From assembly GCF_041146345.1 (NCBI RefSeq), contig NW_027191408.1, forward strand, positions 124,001 through 188,000: 64,000 bases of DNA, written 5' to 3'. Source of the DNA: Neodothiora populina. Its lineage: Eukaryota. The notes beneath the pieces are model-generated. The model saw nothing but the letters and a program-made list of their open reading frames with translations. It was not told where the DNA came from and ran no database searches. The position numbers were made by a program, and so were the translations under genes. How positions within the stretch are numbered: the stretch's first letter is position 1; each line of letters starts with the position of its first letter. Below, in pieces: positions 34,943 to 46,644 of this stretch.

Positions 34943-37900
34943 GACACCCATCACACCACTCACACCGACGAAATGAGCCATGAGGCAGGCCAGGAGCATA
35001 ACGTCGAGACCGACGACAATGCTTCGATCAAGCGACAGAGTGTAGCTTCCATAGTGGCCAGCCTCTCACAAAATGATCACCATGATGCTGCAGCCGAGCT
35101 TCATCCTCCTCCTCCTGCCATCGTCGCCGGCCCAGTTGCTTCCGACCCCATAACCACGGAACCCATCACCGACGAGCCTATCACCACTGAGCCAGTAGCC
35201 GCCGGGTCTACTCCTGCCACCATCCTCGCACAAGACCTTCCGGATCACGACCCGGCCGTCGATCATCATGCACCCACTGCCGAGATCGACCATGCAGCAC
35301 CGACGGGAGCCCATCACGAGACGGATCCGTCTGCGGACGCAGGAGTGAAAGCTGAGGCAGAAGCAGACGCAGAAGCAGACGCAGCGCCATTGGCAGATGC
35401 AGAGCACAGGGCTCAAGCCACCGGGGAACAACAACAACATGACACAGACGACTCCGTCCAACATGAAACACTCTCATCTTCCGACCCACGCATATCCACC
35501 GCATTCATGGACGACGTCAGCCTCGGTATGTTTCTGTCGTCTTCCAATCTCTTCAGCAGCACTGACACACCATCGCAGGCGATGTCAATGATCCTACTCC
35601 GACTCAGCCCGGTGCTGCACTCGAATCGAAGCCTGACATTCCTCCGCCCGTCCCAGCACGGAACAGCGTGACATCGGTCGACGAGCCCATGAAAGGCTTG
35701 TCTGGCGATTTGCCTGCTGTCAATTATCCACCACCCCCACAGCCTCACGGCGCCAGCACTCCCAAGTCTGCCATCCCGTCACATGTACGATCAAAGAGCA
35801 GTGTGGCATCGATAGATGAGCCTGTGAAGGGCTTCTCCGGCGATTTGCCCTCGGTCAATTATCCACCGCCGCCGCCACCTCCAGAGGCCAAGCCGACACC
35901 CGTCCATCCGCCCCCACCCACTCGCAAAGTGTCCAGCCCCTTTGCCTGGTTCTCGAGAGCGACTTCGCGTAAAGACAAGGCTGTTTCTCCTTCACGGGGT
36001 GACCACGCCAGATCCAATACCGCCTCGAGCACAGTCACTCTCGGCAGCAATGCCGACATGGTCGACTTGCACGAGAGGGCTCCGGCCTCTCAACGCAGCA
36101 GTCTGAAAGACAGGTTCCAGCTTCTGAGGATGCAGGAAGAGTCGGCCCCGGCTGTCGCAAACGAGGAGGGCCCTGAGGGACAAGAGAGAGCCCGATCCGG
36201 TAGTATGCAAGGCCTGGCCAGCGAGGTGGCTGCTAAGAACAGCCTGAGTCCGCCTCCCATCGCACGATCAAACTCGTTTTCTGTTCCTGCCCAGCTCTCG
36301 GAGAGACTACCTCCAGGCACGGCATCCGGTCCATCTGCAGGGCCTCCGGAAGATGGCAACACGGTCAACTGGGACCTCTGGCAGTCCGTCGTCTATGAGG
36401 GTCCTGCTGCAGTCGCTCGCACAAGCGGCGAGCAACTCAACCGCGCCATCGCCAACGGTATCCCTCAGCCCATCCGTGGTGTCGTGTGGCAGGTCTTGGC
36501 CGACAGCAAGAATGCAGACCTCGAGATCATGTACAGAGAGCTTGTCGTCAGAGGTACCGACAAGGAAGTGAGCCGCCCAGCAGGGGCACCACGTACGAGG
36601 AGTGGAACCGCCACCGCCGAGGATTCGTTGGCCTCATCCGCCTCATCTATCAAGTCGGATGCCTCGACGCCTGCCACTGCTGTTTCTCCAGCTCCATCGC
36701 AAGACCAGCACAATGGAGATGGCTCTGGCGACAAGCGAAGGCGGTCAGGTGACGACAAGATTGCCATCCAGAAGCTGGAAAAGACCATTCGTCGTGACCT
36801 GGGCGCAAGAACGAGTTACTCAAAATACCTTGCCAGTGCTGGCCTTCAAGAAGGACTCTTTGGCTTGTGCAAGGCTTACGCCCTTTTCGACGAAGCTGTC
36901 GGCTATGCTCAAGGCATGAACTTTATCGCAATGCCTCTGTTGTTCAACATGCCCGAAGAGGAGGCCTTTACCCTGTTCGTGCGCATGATGTCCAAGTACG
37001 ATCTGCGGTCAATGTTTACAGCCGAGATGACTGGGCTACATCTTCATTTATATCAGTTCGAGCGTCTGCTCGAGGACTTTGAGCCCGCTCTCTACTGTCA
37101 CCTTCACCGCAAGGGAGTGACTCCCAATCTCTACGCAACGCAATGGTTCCTCACTCTCTTTGCATATCGCTTCCCGCTGCAGCTGGTACTGCGCGTGTAT
37201 GATCTCATCTTGAGTGAAGGCTTGAGTGCCATTCTGAAGTTCGGTATCGTGTTGATGCAGAAGAACGCCAAGACGCTGATGGACATCAAGGATATGAGTC
37301 AGCTGGCGACATATCTCAAGGAGAGGCTGTTCGATGTGTATATCGACAAAACCCCTTCGGCGAATTCGATCTTGGAGTCTGGTTTCTTCGGGTCCGCCGG
37401 GGGTATTGACAAGGAGATCTACAGGGCAGATGATCTTGTGAGGGACGCCTGCGCCGTCAATATCACTCCTCAAACTCTTGCAGTGTACGCTGCAGAATGG
37501 GAGGAGCAGCACAAGGCCGAGAAGGAACGCGAGGCCGAGATCGAACATCTTCGCGCGACAAACGCAAATCTAAGCACCCGTGTGCGCAACCTCGAAGAGC
37601 GAGCCGAACAGCACGACACGGAGCACGTCGGCATCGCTTCGGAACTTGTACGGACCAAGGTCATCAACGAGAAACTAGAGGACGAGAACGAGGGTCTCAA
37701 GATCCAATTGGAGGAGTTGAAGAAGGTCGTCGATGCGCAGCCTGCCGAAGTAGAGGAGAAGCTGAGGGCAGAGATGGACAGGATCATGCAGCGAAACATT
37801 GAAGTGCAGAACCAAAATCGGGCGTTGGAGGAGACTGTGCAAGAGACGGAGCAAGAGCTGGTGGGGACGAAGATGATGTTTGCTCAGGTATGTCCTTTTT

Positions 37901-38052
37901 TCTTCTTTCCCCCTGTCTTTCCCTCCCTTCGCAGGGGGCGAGAAAGAACTATCTTGCTGACTTCCACCCTATAGTTGAATGCCGAGCACGATGGTCTCAA
38001 GCAGAAGCTAGCCAACATCCAGAGTCTCCTACAGGATGAGAAGAAGAAGTAG
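34494..38052 (+). CDS. GYP5: TBC-domain Rab GTPase-activating protein, GYP5-like, with C-terminal coiled coil. Exons 34494-34592, 34841-35525, 35579-37887, 37975-38052
   Basis: GIPQPIRGVVWQVL, IRRDLGART (R-finger), VGYAQGMNFIA (Q-finger), YATQWFLTLFAYRFPLQLVLRVYD. Introns 34593-34840, 35526-35578 and 37888-37974 keep the frame. The first exon is the least certain. Confidence 0.87.
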
Positions 38053-38946
38053 TAGTTGTAGTAGAGAGGAGAGGAAGACCATCTGTACATTACTCACACG
38101 ATCACTACCACATGTACATGTACAATCATCATCGTCATCAAGATCCATACACATGGAATAAAGCAAGGGGAATGTGAAGTATTCGCACAATAGGCAAGAA
38201 AAGAACTGATCGAGAGGAAATTAATCAAGCGATTTTGGCTTCTTTGAGGCAAAGCATTTTCAGGACGGACTAGGTGTAAGCATTATCTATTCAGAGTCAA
38301 GAGTGGGCGACCTAGAAAGCTTTGCCAGTCTCCGCTTCATGGATCGTTATTTCTCCATTTTGGTCCCAAGGGCGTTTCTATTTCTGTTCCTGGGTCGGAT
38401 TCGATTTGTTCTCGTTCTCACCTTCCGTTGCCTCTCTCTTGTCTAACTGTAGTCATTAAAGGGAAAGGAAAGGGCATATAGAGACGAAGAAGGGATGGAT
38501 TCTAGACTATATGAGAGTCTTTCCTGACTATAATCCACCCTAGGCAGACACAGAGGTCATTTTGGAGACGATGGTGTTTCCACATGGCTCTACTTGGAGA
38601 TAAGTATATACCTTATCTCTTCAGGTGTTAGAAAGCTCTTGGACAGGGTCATTGGTCTGAAATACCTCGATCGTCAAGATACAGAGTGTGTATACATGTT
38701 TTTCACCTGGACTGACACTTGAGAATAAGAAGACAATGCGTCATGTCTTGCGCCCTTGCACATATAGATGTATATCTCAGGTGAAAGTGAGCGAGGCAAG
38801 TAACACTGTACCAGTCCACTTTTGTCTTCTGATTCTTTCTTTTCTGCCTTCACGACACCCACTCCATCTCGGCCCCTCAAGTCTCTTCCATTCATCCAGC
38901 GAGCAGACAGAAGAGAAAGGAGACAGGAAAGAACAAGTCCGGCAAG

Positions 38947-40112
38947 ATGGGCCTGCCATCGCCCTTTTCGACTCCCATCAAACCCTCTTCCTCGTGCTCC
39001 TCGTCCTTCTCCTCGAACCACAACGACAATGACAAAGAAGAACAAGACTCAAAACAATCCATCCTCCCACCCCCCTCTACCCCCCGTAACGCCCCTTTCA
39101 AAGCCCCCAGGTCCAAAACTAAAGAACTCGATACCCTGTGCGCTGCACTGCAGAGTATCCGGGGCGAAGTCAACGTAAGCTTTCTCTCCTTTTCCACCTT
39201 TCCTCTGCCCATCCATGTCTCCACTACCGGTATGCGATGTAAGGACTCGGAGAAGAACCGACTGACAAGAACAAGATCTCAATCCCCTACTTCGCGCACC
39301 TGACCAACACGGCCGAGACAACAGCCAAGCAGAAATGGCGCGCGATAAAGAAAAAGTTCATCTCTTCTGCTCCTCAGCCTGGCACTTCCTTTTCTTCTGC
39401 TTTTGGTTCTGGTTCTGGTTCTGGCTCTGGGCATCCGACGACGCCTTCTTCGTCATCGAAAGGCGAGAGAGAAGTCTGGAGACTGGCGAAAAGGCATGGG
39501 AACAGGAACTTGGAGGGGTTGGGGTACAATTCTTTTTCCGATGCTTCGTCCTCGGACGATGACGATGATGGCGATGATGGCGATGATGGCGCTATAGAAA
39601 AGGACGAGGAAGACGAGAAAGAATCGCTCGAAAAGCAGCTCGGGATCAGACGCGAGGATCATCACGGCATCAAACGCGAGCGACCAGAGCAAGACATCAT
39701 CACCTCTCTCTCGCCCTCCTTTGCGCGCGCCGGGAAGAGAGTCAAAATCGAGATCTTGAGCGATAGTGACGATGAAGACGAGGGTATCGTTCGCGAGACT
39801 AGACGTACCAGCCTCACGCCTTTGCTCAATTCCGGTGGAGATGGCCAGATCAGGCACGGCGACAGAGATACAGGCAAGAGAAAAGAAAAGGGGAAAGGAA
39901 AAGGAAAAGAACCAGACTTCCGCACCGACCTGTCTAGTCACTTCGAGCGCAGGAACTACTCGCACAACACCGCCGCTCGCTTGCTCTTCCAGAACCAAAG
40001 CCATGCCTCCAATCAGAGAACAAAGGAGGGGGCGCGCGGTTCGGACGTCATTACCATTGTCGACGAAGACGATCATGAGCACGATGGAAAAAGGGTGGAA
40101 AAGAGGGAGTAG
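38947..40112 (+). CDS. Hypothetical 354-aa low-complexity protein with a small fungal Myb-like/HTH module. Exons 38947-39174, 39276-40112
   Basis: Intron 39175-39275 (GTAAGC, ACTGAC, AAG) joins ORF 38947 to ORF 39510 in frame. This gives LCAALQSIRGEVN|ISIPYFAHLTNTAETTAKQKWRAIKKKF followed by acidic and basic tracts. Confidence 0.6.
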
Positions 40113-40791
40113 AGGCGAAGAACAGAGACGGTGGAGATGAAGATGTGATTATCTGCTAGTTCTGACACTTTCACCGGCATATTCTGTGCGAGAGAGTCGT
40201 CATTGGTCTTGGTTCCGTTGTGTGGGCAGGGCAGTGTGAGGGTCATAGGGGAGGAATTGGCGTTGAGATTAGGTCCCCACCTACCCTTGGTATTTAAAGG
40301 ACGGGCAGAGAAATGGTTTTTTTTGTAGCCTCTGATGCCATGGGTTGGAAGGAATGGAAGAGGATAGGGGTTAGACGCCCCTGTATTATAGTCGAGATCA
40401 GTAGTATCAAGTGCTGTTGAGCATTCAATACCGGTCCTGGAATCATGTGCTTTGGAGCTCGTAGTAGCAATCCGAAGGCGAGGCAAGGCAAGTCGAGGCG
40501 AGGCAAACAGGAAGCAAGAACAGACAGAACATGTCAACAAAAATACACCTTTCGAGAGATCTCACTTCTTTCACATTGAGACTCGGGATCCATTTCCTAG
40601 TCATTGCAGAACCGCTAGTCTACTCCAATTCATAATGACATCCCCGTACGTCTCTCTTGACTAGTGAACACAAAACCCTGTTCTGTCCTGGAGATAGTCA
40701 CTGCAAGCTCGGCACACATAAAGCTCTTGTTCACTCGAGGGACGACCTGCGTGGCCTCGTATTCTTAGTCTTTTTCTTTTCTTGTTGCTTG

Positions 40792-41835
40792 TTATGCAGC
40801 AGCAGAAGCAGAAGCAGAAGCAGAAGCAGAAGCAGAAGCAGATGCAGATGCAGATGTAGAACTAGAACTAGACTCAGTGGCAGACCCAGAAGTAGAACTA
40901 GAAGCAGACCCCGACCCAGAAGCAGACGACCCGACAACCGTAACACTAGTAACCGTACTGCCCAGCTGCGTGTTCGACGGCGAAGCAGTCGCCGTGCTGA
41001 GCACAGTCATGGTAGTAATGGACGGCAAGCCATAGTCCTCATCTGCAGTCGACGTGACAGTCCTTGTCGGGACCGGTTTGGTGACTGTCACTATGCTGTT
41101 TGTCGGTGACGACAACGAAGAGAGTGGATGAGAAGAAATAGAGGTCGATAGATGAGTTGTGTTCTTTACTGTCGCCGAAGAAGAAGTATGCAGGTCTGAC
41201 AGGTGGCTTTCCAGTGTAGTGTCTATGGGGCTTGCTGATAGAGTAGCAGTAGAAGAAGAAGCACTGATGAAGACGGTAGTGTCGTGGTGCTGCGTGATGG
41301 TCTCGGTGACTATAGATGGCAACGGAAAGGAAGGAGAGACTCCGAACGGCTGGTCTCCCTGGACCTGTGCTGCGCGACCTTGACTTCCACCCAGTGCGAA
41401 CACCATTGGCTGCACTGCTGGGCAATTACATACCGGTGGCGTGGCGGAAAGACCGGAAGATGGAACCATCGTTGGGCTCAAGACGGTGTTCCAGAGGGCG
41501 ACCAGGGTGTAGACGAATATGACACCAGACTCGAGGACGAAAATGGCAATGAAGAGAGCAAGCAGCGAAGCCGGTAGGTAGACGCCCGAACGAGATCTTG
41601 GTGCAAAAGTCTGAGGTGGAGGGTTCGAAGGGTAGCTTGGGAACATGTGAGCTGCAGGAGTCTGCTGTTGCAGGTGTTGCTCCTGCTGTAGTTCAACATC
41701 GATGGGCGGAGCAGGATACGGTCCTGGGGGAGGTGGATAGACGCGTGTAGAACTTTTCTTCATGTCCTTTTCGTCGTACTCTGCTTCTTCACCGTCCTTG
41801 TTCAAGGCCTTTTCGAAGGCCCGCATAAAAGACAT
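40792..41835 (-). CDS. Hypothetical single-pass membrane protein with Ser/Thr-rich mucin-like C-terminus (347 aa)
   Basis: Uninterrupted ORF. Pro/Gln-rich N-terminus, one long hydrophobic segment (LLALFIAIFVLESGVIFVYTLVALW), a CNC motif, then an S/T-rich tail ending in (SA)n. Confidence 0.7.
   Translation of the reverse strand: MSFMRAFEKALNKDGEEAEYDEKDMKKSSTRVYPPPPGPYPAPPIDVELQQEQHLQQQTPAAHMFPSYPSNPPPQTFAPRSRSGVYLPASLLALFIAIFVLESGVIFVYTLVALWNTVLSPTMVPSSGLSATPPVCNCPAVQPMVFALGGSQGRAAQVQGDQPFGVSPSFPLPSIVTETITQHHDTTVFISASSSTATLSASPIDTTLESHLSDLHTSSSATVKNTTHLSTSISSHPLSSLSSPTNSIVTVTKPVPTRTVTSTADEDYGLPSITTMTVLSTATASPSNTQLGSTVTSVTVVGSSASGSGSASSSTSGSATESSSSSTSASASASASASASASASAAA
40799..40925. repeat. 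Hexamer microsatellite (GCAGAA/GCAGAT)n encoding the Ser-Ala tail
   Basis: Perfect GCAGAA repeats at about 40802-40840 that decay into variants. Confidence 0.9.
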
Positions 41836-42924
41836 GTCTCGCAGGATTTTCTCGTGTTATCGTGATGATCGTAGGAATGTCCAAGGTATGAACAGAAATT
41901 GAATGGAATTATAGATTAAAGGAGCAGAAAAAGCGACCAGCGCGTGAGAGTGAGATGTGACTGTAGCGAGTGTTTGTTCCTTTTCGACAATAGCTTCATG
42001 GACTATTGATACGATAGAGACAAAGACAATAACGGAAGCAAAGACGACAGGAAAAACAAGAACAGCGCATACATACACATGTCAGATTAGAAGGACACGA
42101 GGGTGACATCTTATTGAGGTTTCACTACATGTGAAGAGGGTCTTTGCCATGTATGGTACGCAGATGTGCTGTCGTTCAAAATAGCAACAATGTGCTAACA
42201 GGCAAGACTGTCTTGATTGTCTTCCAGTGTACAGAAATGACTGGTCGGAAAGCAACAATGACAGCAAAGGTCTCAGAGACTCTGTTACACCTGTTTCAGT
42301 GTACAGCTAGAGGACCTACGACTGAAGTGGAAGCGCCCATGACCCGGAAGGCGGCTATATGAAACTGCTCGCGGTTTTGTTGTACCGTTCCGACAAAGGA
42401 CAGCATTGATCGCACTTGTTTGTAAGCTAGGTAAAACAGAGGTCGCCTCCTCTATAGCATCCATTCTCTACTTCCTGACGGGCATTGTCGCTCCCAGGCA
42501 TTTCATTGACCTACGGTAGAGTAATACAGATACTGATACCTCAGCTTCTTCGCTTCATCAATCACCACACCTTCATCATGACAGTGCTGTCTGTTGAGCG
42601 CTGTAGACACTTCGACAGAGAACCAATTAAGCTACAGATCACGCAATAATATGTCCAGGTAATGCATCGTCCAATGTAAGGACTTGCTATAGTGACCCAG
42701 ACATGTATAAATGTGGTAGAAGAGGACAAAGCCTTGATAGATCAATCTGATAACAACAAGATAAGGACAGTCTGGAGCCGCAATCGGAAGTCGGAGGAGG
42801 ATACGATCGAGGCCGCCCCGCGCTCGGACGCTTGACTTTCGGAGGGGATCACGAGTAATTATGGCAAATAAGGCAGAGACGGAGGTGGCGTGGCGTGCGG
42901 CAATGCGGGCATTCGGTTTTTGAG

Positions 42925-43172
42925 TGAGTCTTTTGAGTCTTTTGAGTCTCCGAGGCAGAGAAAGTAAAGCGAGTAAGAAAGGTGGAATTGGTTGACTCTG
43001 ACGCAGTAAGTCTATGACTGGTCTCGTTTGTGACTCAATTGACCTCAGTAATATCACGTATCTTTCTGCTTTCTAGGTAAATATTTTGTTTCTGTTTCCG
43101 TCCTGCTAAAGTACATCTGTTCTACACTACTTTACTGCCCGCATTCATTCGAATTTACTCCCCACTGACTCA
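42925..43172 (+). promoter_or_regulatory. Cluster of Gcn4/CpcA-type sites upstream of tryptophan synthase
   Basis: TGACTCA at 43031-43037 and 43166-43172, TGACTC at 42993-42998, and TGAGTCT three times at 42925, 42934 and 42943. Confidence 0.65.
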
Positions 43173-43191
43173 CCGCCGCCCATCCACGCAG
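43077..43191 (+). other. Probable 5'-UTR intron of tryptophan synthase (115 nt)
   Basis: AG|GTAAAT donor at 43077, pyrimidine-rich body, branch ACTGAC at 43164-43169, acceptor GCAG ending 43191. Confidence 0.55.
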
Positions 43192-43239
43192 TCACAACAT
43201 CTTTTGTCCAAACCTATAACATCATCAAAAAAACAAAAG

Positions 43240-45464
43240 ATGGACCACATCAAGCGCACCTTTGCGCGCTGCAAGCAGGAGGGACGTCCTGCCCTCGTCA
43301 CATATGTCACCGCAGGTTTCCCTACCGCCAATGAGACGCCGGATATCATGCTCGGTATGGAGGCCGGTGGCGCAGATGTCATCGAGCTCGGAATGCCCTT
43401 CACAGACCCCATCGCCGACGGTCCCACCATCCAAAAGGCAAACACAATTGCTCTGCACAACGGAGTCTCGGTCACATCATGCCTGCAGATGGTTCGTGAG
43501 GCCAGGAAGAAGGGCCTCAAGACGCCCGTCATGCTCATGGGCTACTACAACCCTGTGTTGAGTTATGGAGAAGAGAAGATGCTCAAGGATTCAAAGGAGG
43601 CCGGTGTCAATGGATTCATCATGGTCGATCTGCCGCCAGAGGAGGCTGTGCGCTTCAGAAACCACTGCACGAAAGCTGGGTATTTATTGTCTCACCGTTG
43701 TGTGCAAGTTGCAGAGGACTGACAAGACCGAAAAGTCTCTCCTACATTCCCCTCATCGCTCCCTCGACGTCAGAGAGCCGCATGAAGCTCCTCTGCAAGA
43801 TCGCCGACTCGTTCATCTACGTCGTCTCAAGAATGGGCGTCACCGGCGCCAGTGGCAGCATGAACGCCGCCCTCCCCGAACTCCTCGACCGCGTGCACAA
43901 GTACTCTGGCGGTGTCCCTGCCGCCGTCGGATTCGGTATTAGCACGAGAGACCACTACCTCAGCGTCGGCAGCATCGCAGAGGGTGTCGTCATTGGTAGT
44001 CAAGTCATCACCACTATCGCCGAGGCCCCTGCTGGTCAGGGAGCAAAGGCAGTTGAGGATTACCTTGACTCCATCACCCAGAGAAGAGAGGTCATCAAAT
44101 CTCAGACCAGAGAGGTCGGCATTGTCGAGACCCTTAACGAAGCAAAGGAGCCCGTTGATGTGCACGTCGACGGTGTAGTCAAGGACGAGGACGTCCCCGC
44201 CGGACCAGGCTTGGCCGACCAGATGGACGCTCTCAACACCGACGGTCCCGTCGAGAAGCATCTCCTGCCCGCAAGGTTCGGCGAGTTTGGCGGTCAGTAT
44301 GTCCCCGAATCTCTCATGGACTGCCTCCGCGAACTCGAGGCCGGCTTCGACTCCGCCGTCAAGGACCCAAAGTTCTGGGAGGAATACCGCTCCTACTACG
44401 AATGGATGGGTCGTCCCGGCCACTTGCACTTGGCCGACCGCCTGACCGAGCACGCCGGTGGAGCCAACATCTGGTTGAAGCGTGAGGACCTCAACCACAC
44501 TGGATCGCACAAGATCAACAACGCACTGGGTCAAGTCCTTGTCGCCCGACGACTGGGCAAGACCGAGATCATTGCCGAAACCGGTGCTGGTCAACACGGT
44601 GTTGCGACCGCGACCGTGTGCGCAAAGTTCGGCATGAAGTGCACAATCTACATGGGCGCAGAGGATGTCCGTCGTCAGGCCCTCAACGTCTTCCGCATCA
44701 AGCTTCTCGGTGCCCAAGTCATCGCCGTCGAGGCCGGCGCCCGCACCCTCCGCGACGCCGTCAACGAGGCCATGCGCGCCTGGGTCGTCCGTCTCAGCAC
44801 GACTCATTACTGCATCGGCTCAGCCATCGGACCCCACCCCTTCCCCACCATCGTGCGCACCTTCCAATCAGTCATCGGCGACGAGACGAAAGAGCAAATG
44901 CAAAAGATGCGCGGCAAACTCCCCGACGCCGTCGTGGCATGCGTGGGCGGTGGCTCCAACGCAACAGGCATGTTCTACCCCTTCTCCAAAGACGAGAGCG
45001 TCAAGCTTCTCGGCGTGGAAGCAGGAGGCGACGGCGTCAATACAGGCAAGCACAGCGCGACCCTAACCGGCGGCACCAAGGGCGTGCTGCACGGAGTGCG
45101 AACCTACATCCTCCAGAACGAGCACGGTCAGATCGACGAAACCCACTCCGTCTCCGCCGGCCTCGACTACCCAGGTGTCGGCCCCGAACTCGCCAGCTGG
45201 AAAGACAGCGAGCGCGCCAAGTTCATTGCCGCCACCGACGCCGAGGCCTTCATCGGCTTCAGGCTGCTGTCGCAGCTCGAGGGCATCATCCCTGCTCTGG
45301 AGACTTCTCACGCCATCTTCGGAGCCGTCGAGCTGGCCAAGACGATGAAGAAGGGCGAGGATATTGTTATCTGTCTCTCTGGTCGTGGCGACAAGGATGT
45401 GCAGAGTGTTGCTGAGGAGCTACCTAAGCTTGGTCCTCAGATTGGTTGGGATTTGAGGTTCTAG
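43240..45464 (+). CDS. TRP5: Tryptophan synthase, fused alpha-beta. Exons 43240-43679, 43736-45464
   Basis: Alpha domain: [59 protein letters not shown]. Beta domain: [62 protein letters not shown]. Intron 43680-43735. Confidence 0.98.
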
Positions 45465-46644
45465 GTGTTTACGTCGATGCCCTTTTTCTCAACTCATGTT
45501 ACCGTTCACCCCTTTTCGCGTCTTTGTAGGAAAAGAAGAAATGTTAGAGCTGTACATATATATATATATAGCTCAAATACAAAAAGTCCGAACTCATGAA
45601 CAGAAGACCTCGAAGGTGTATTGTTTCTTCCTTACCGTGACAGGAAAAGGACATGTCAAAGGATTTTTGAAAGCAAGGTGTTGAGTCTCAGCTGATGTAG
45701 GTGATATTTCGATTGAGTTTTATTGGAGAGCTCCTGTCGCTGTTGAGGCCGGTCGTCGAGGAGTGCAGTGTCGTTGGAGAGCTCAGTCGTTGTATGGAAA
45801 GGGGTAAGGAGAAGCGACAGAACAAAGGAAAGCGACTGCGATCTTGAACAGAGAACATGGGGGAACTCACCAGAGTATACAAGTAAAGAAGCATGGAAGT
45901 GGTAGGGCATCTTCCTTAAGTTGAGAGGACATCTAAGAAGTAAGGTAAGTAGAGTGCCAATCTTAGCTAGAGAAGACATTAAAGAAGGCATCCGAGTACC
46001 TCCCTTAAGGTAGACAGCAGAACACAGGGGGATGACCAGAGCACCTTGTGTCGACCATTAGCATCATTGAGATTCAGATGATCGATGGAGTTAAGTATCC
46101 CCTGGTGACTATTCTCTTCAAGAAATGTAAGAGAGAAGACATTGAAAGTGTTATTGTTCCCCACCTTCCCCTTTCTCTCCCTTCCTTCCCTATTCCTTGA
46201 ATCATTTGGAGAAATAAAGTAGATGAAGAAAACAAGAATCGAAAGAACGCCAAGGAGGCAAAGAAGAAACAATAGAGAGAGAAATCGTAAGACAGTTTCA
46301 TCAGATATTTTGCTTCTATAGAGTCCTTTCCTTTCCTTTCCCTTTCATCAATTCAGTCAACTAGTGAATTGTTTTGTTCCCATTGTTTGATCCATCCTAG
46401 GCACCATATCACGCCCGTCGTCGTTGTTATGTGTGTTCCTTCTATAATGATAATATGAGCTAGTCAAGCAAGAATAAAAGAGAAAATTAGAGAAGCATAG
46501 AGACAAGGGGGCAGTATCGCAATTCCAAGATGATAACCTGCAACGCAGACGTTGTCCATATAGACGCTGCTCAGATTTGAAACAATCGTGACAAGAAAAG
46601 AAAGAAAGAACAAATCCCAGGGATAGTATCAGGCAGATTCCAGT

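Noticed and set aside
45656..46301. Short - strand ORFs between TRP5 and the bHLH gene
   Set aside because: No motifs, low-complexity UTR-like composition, and no consistent splice model.
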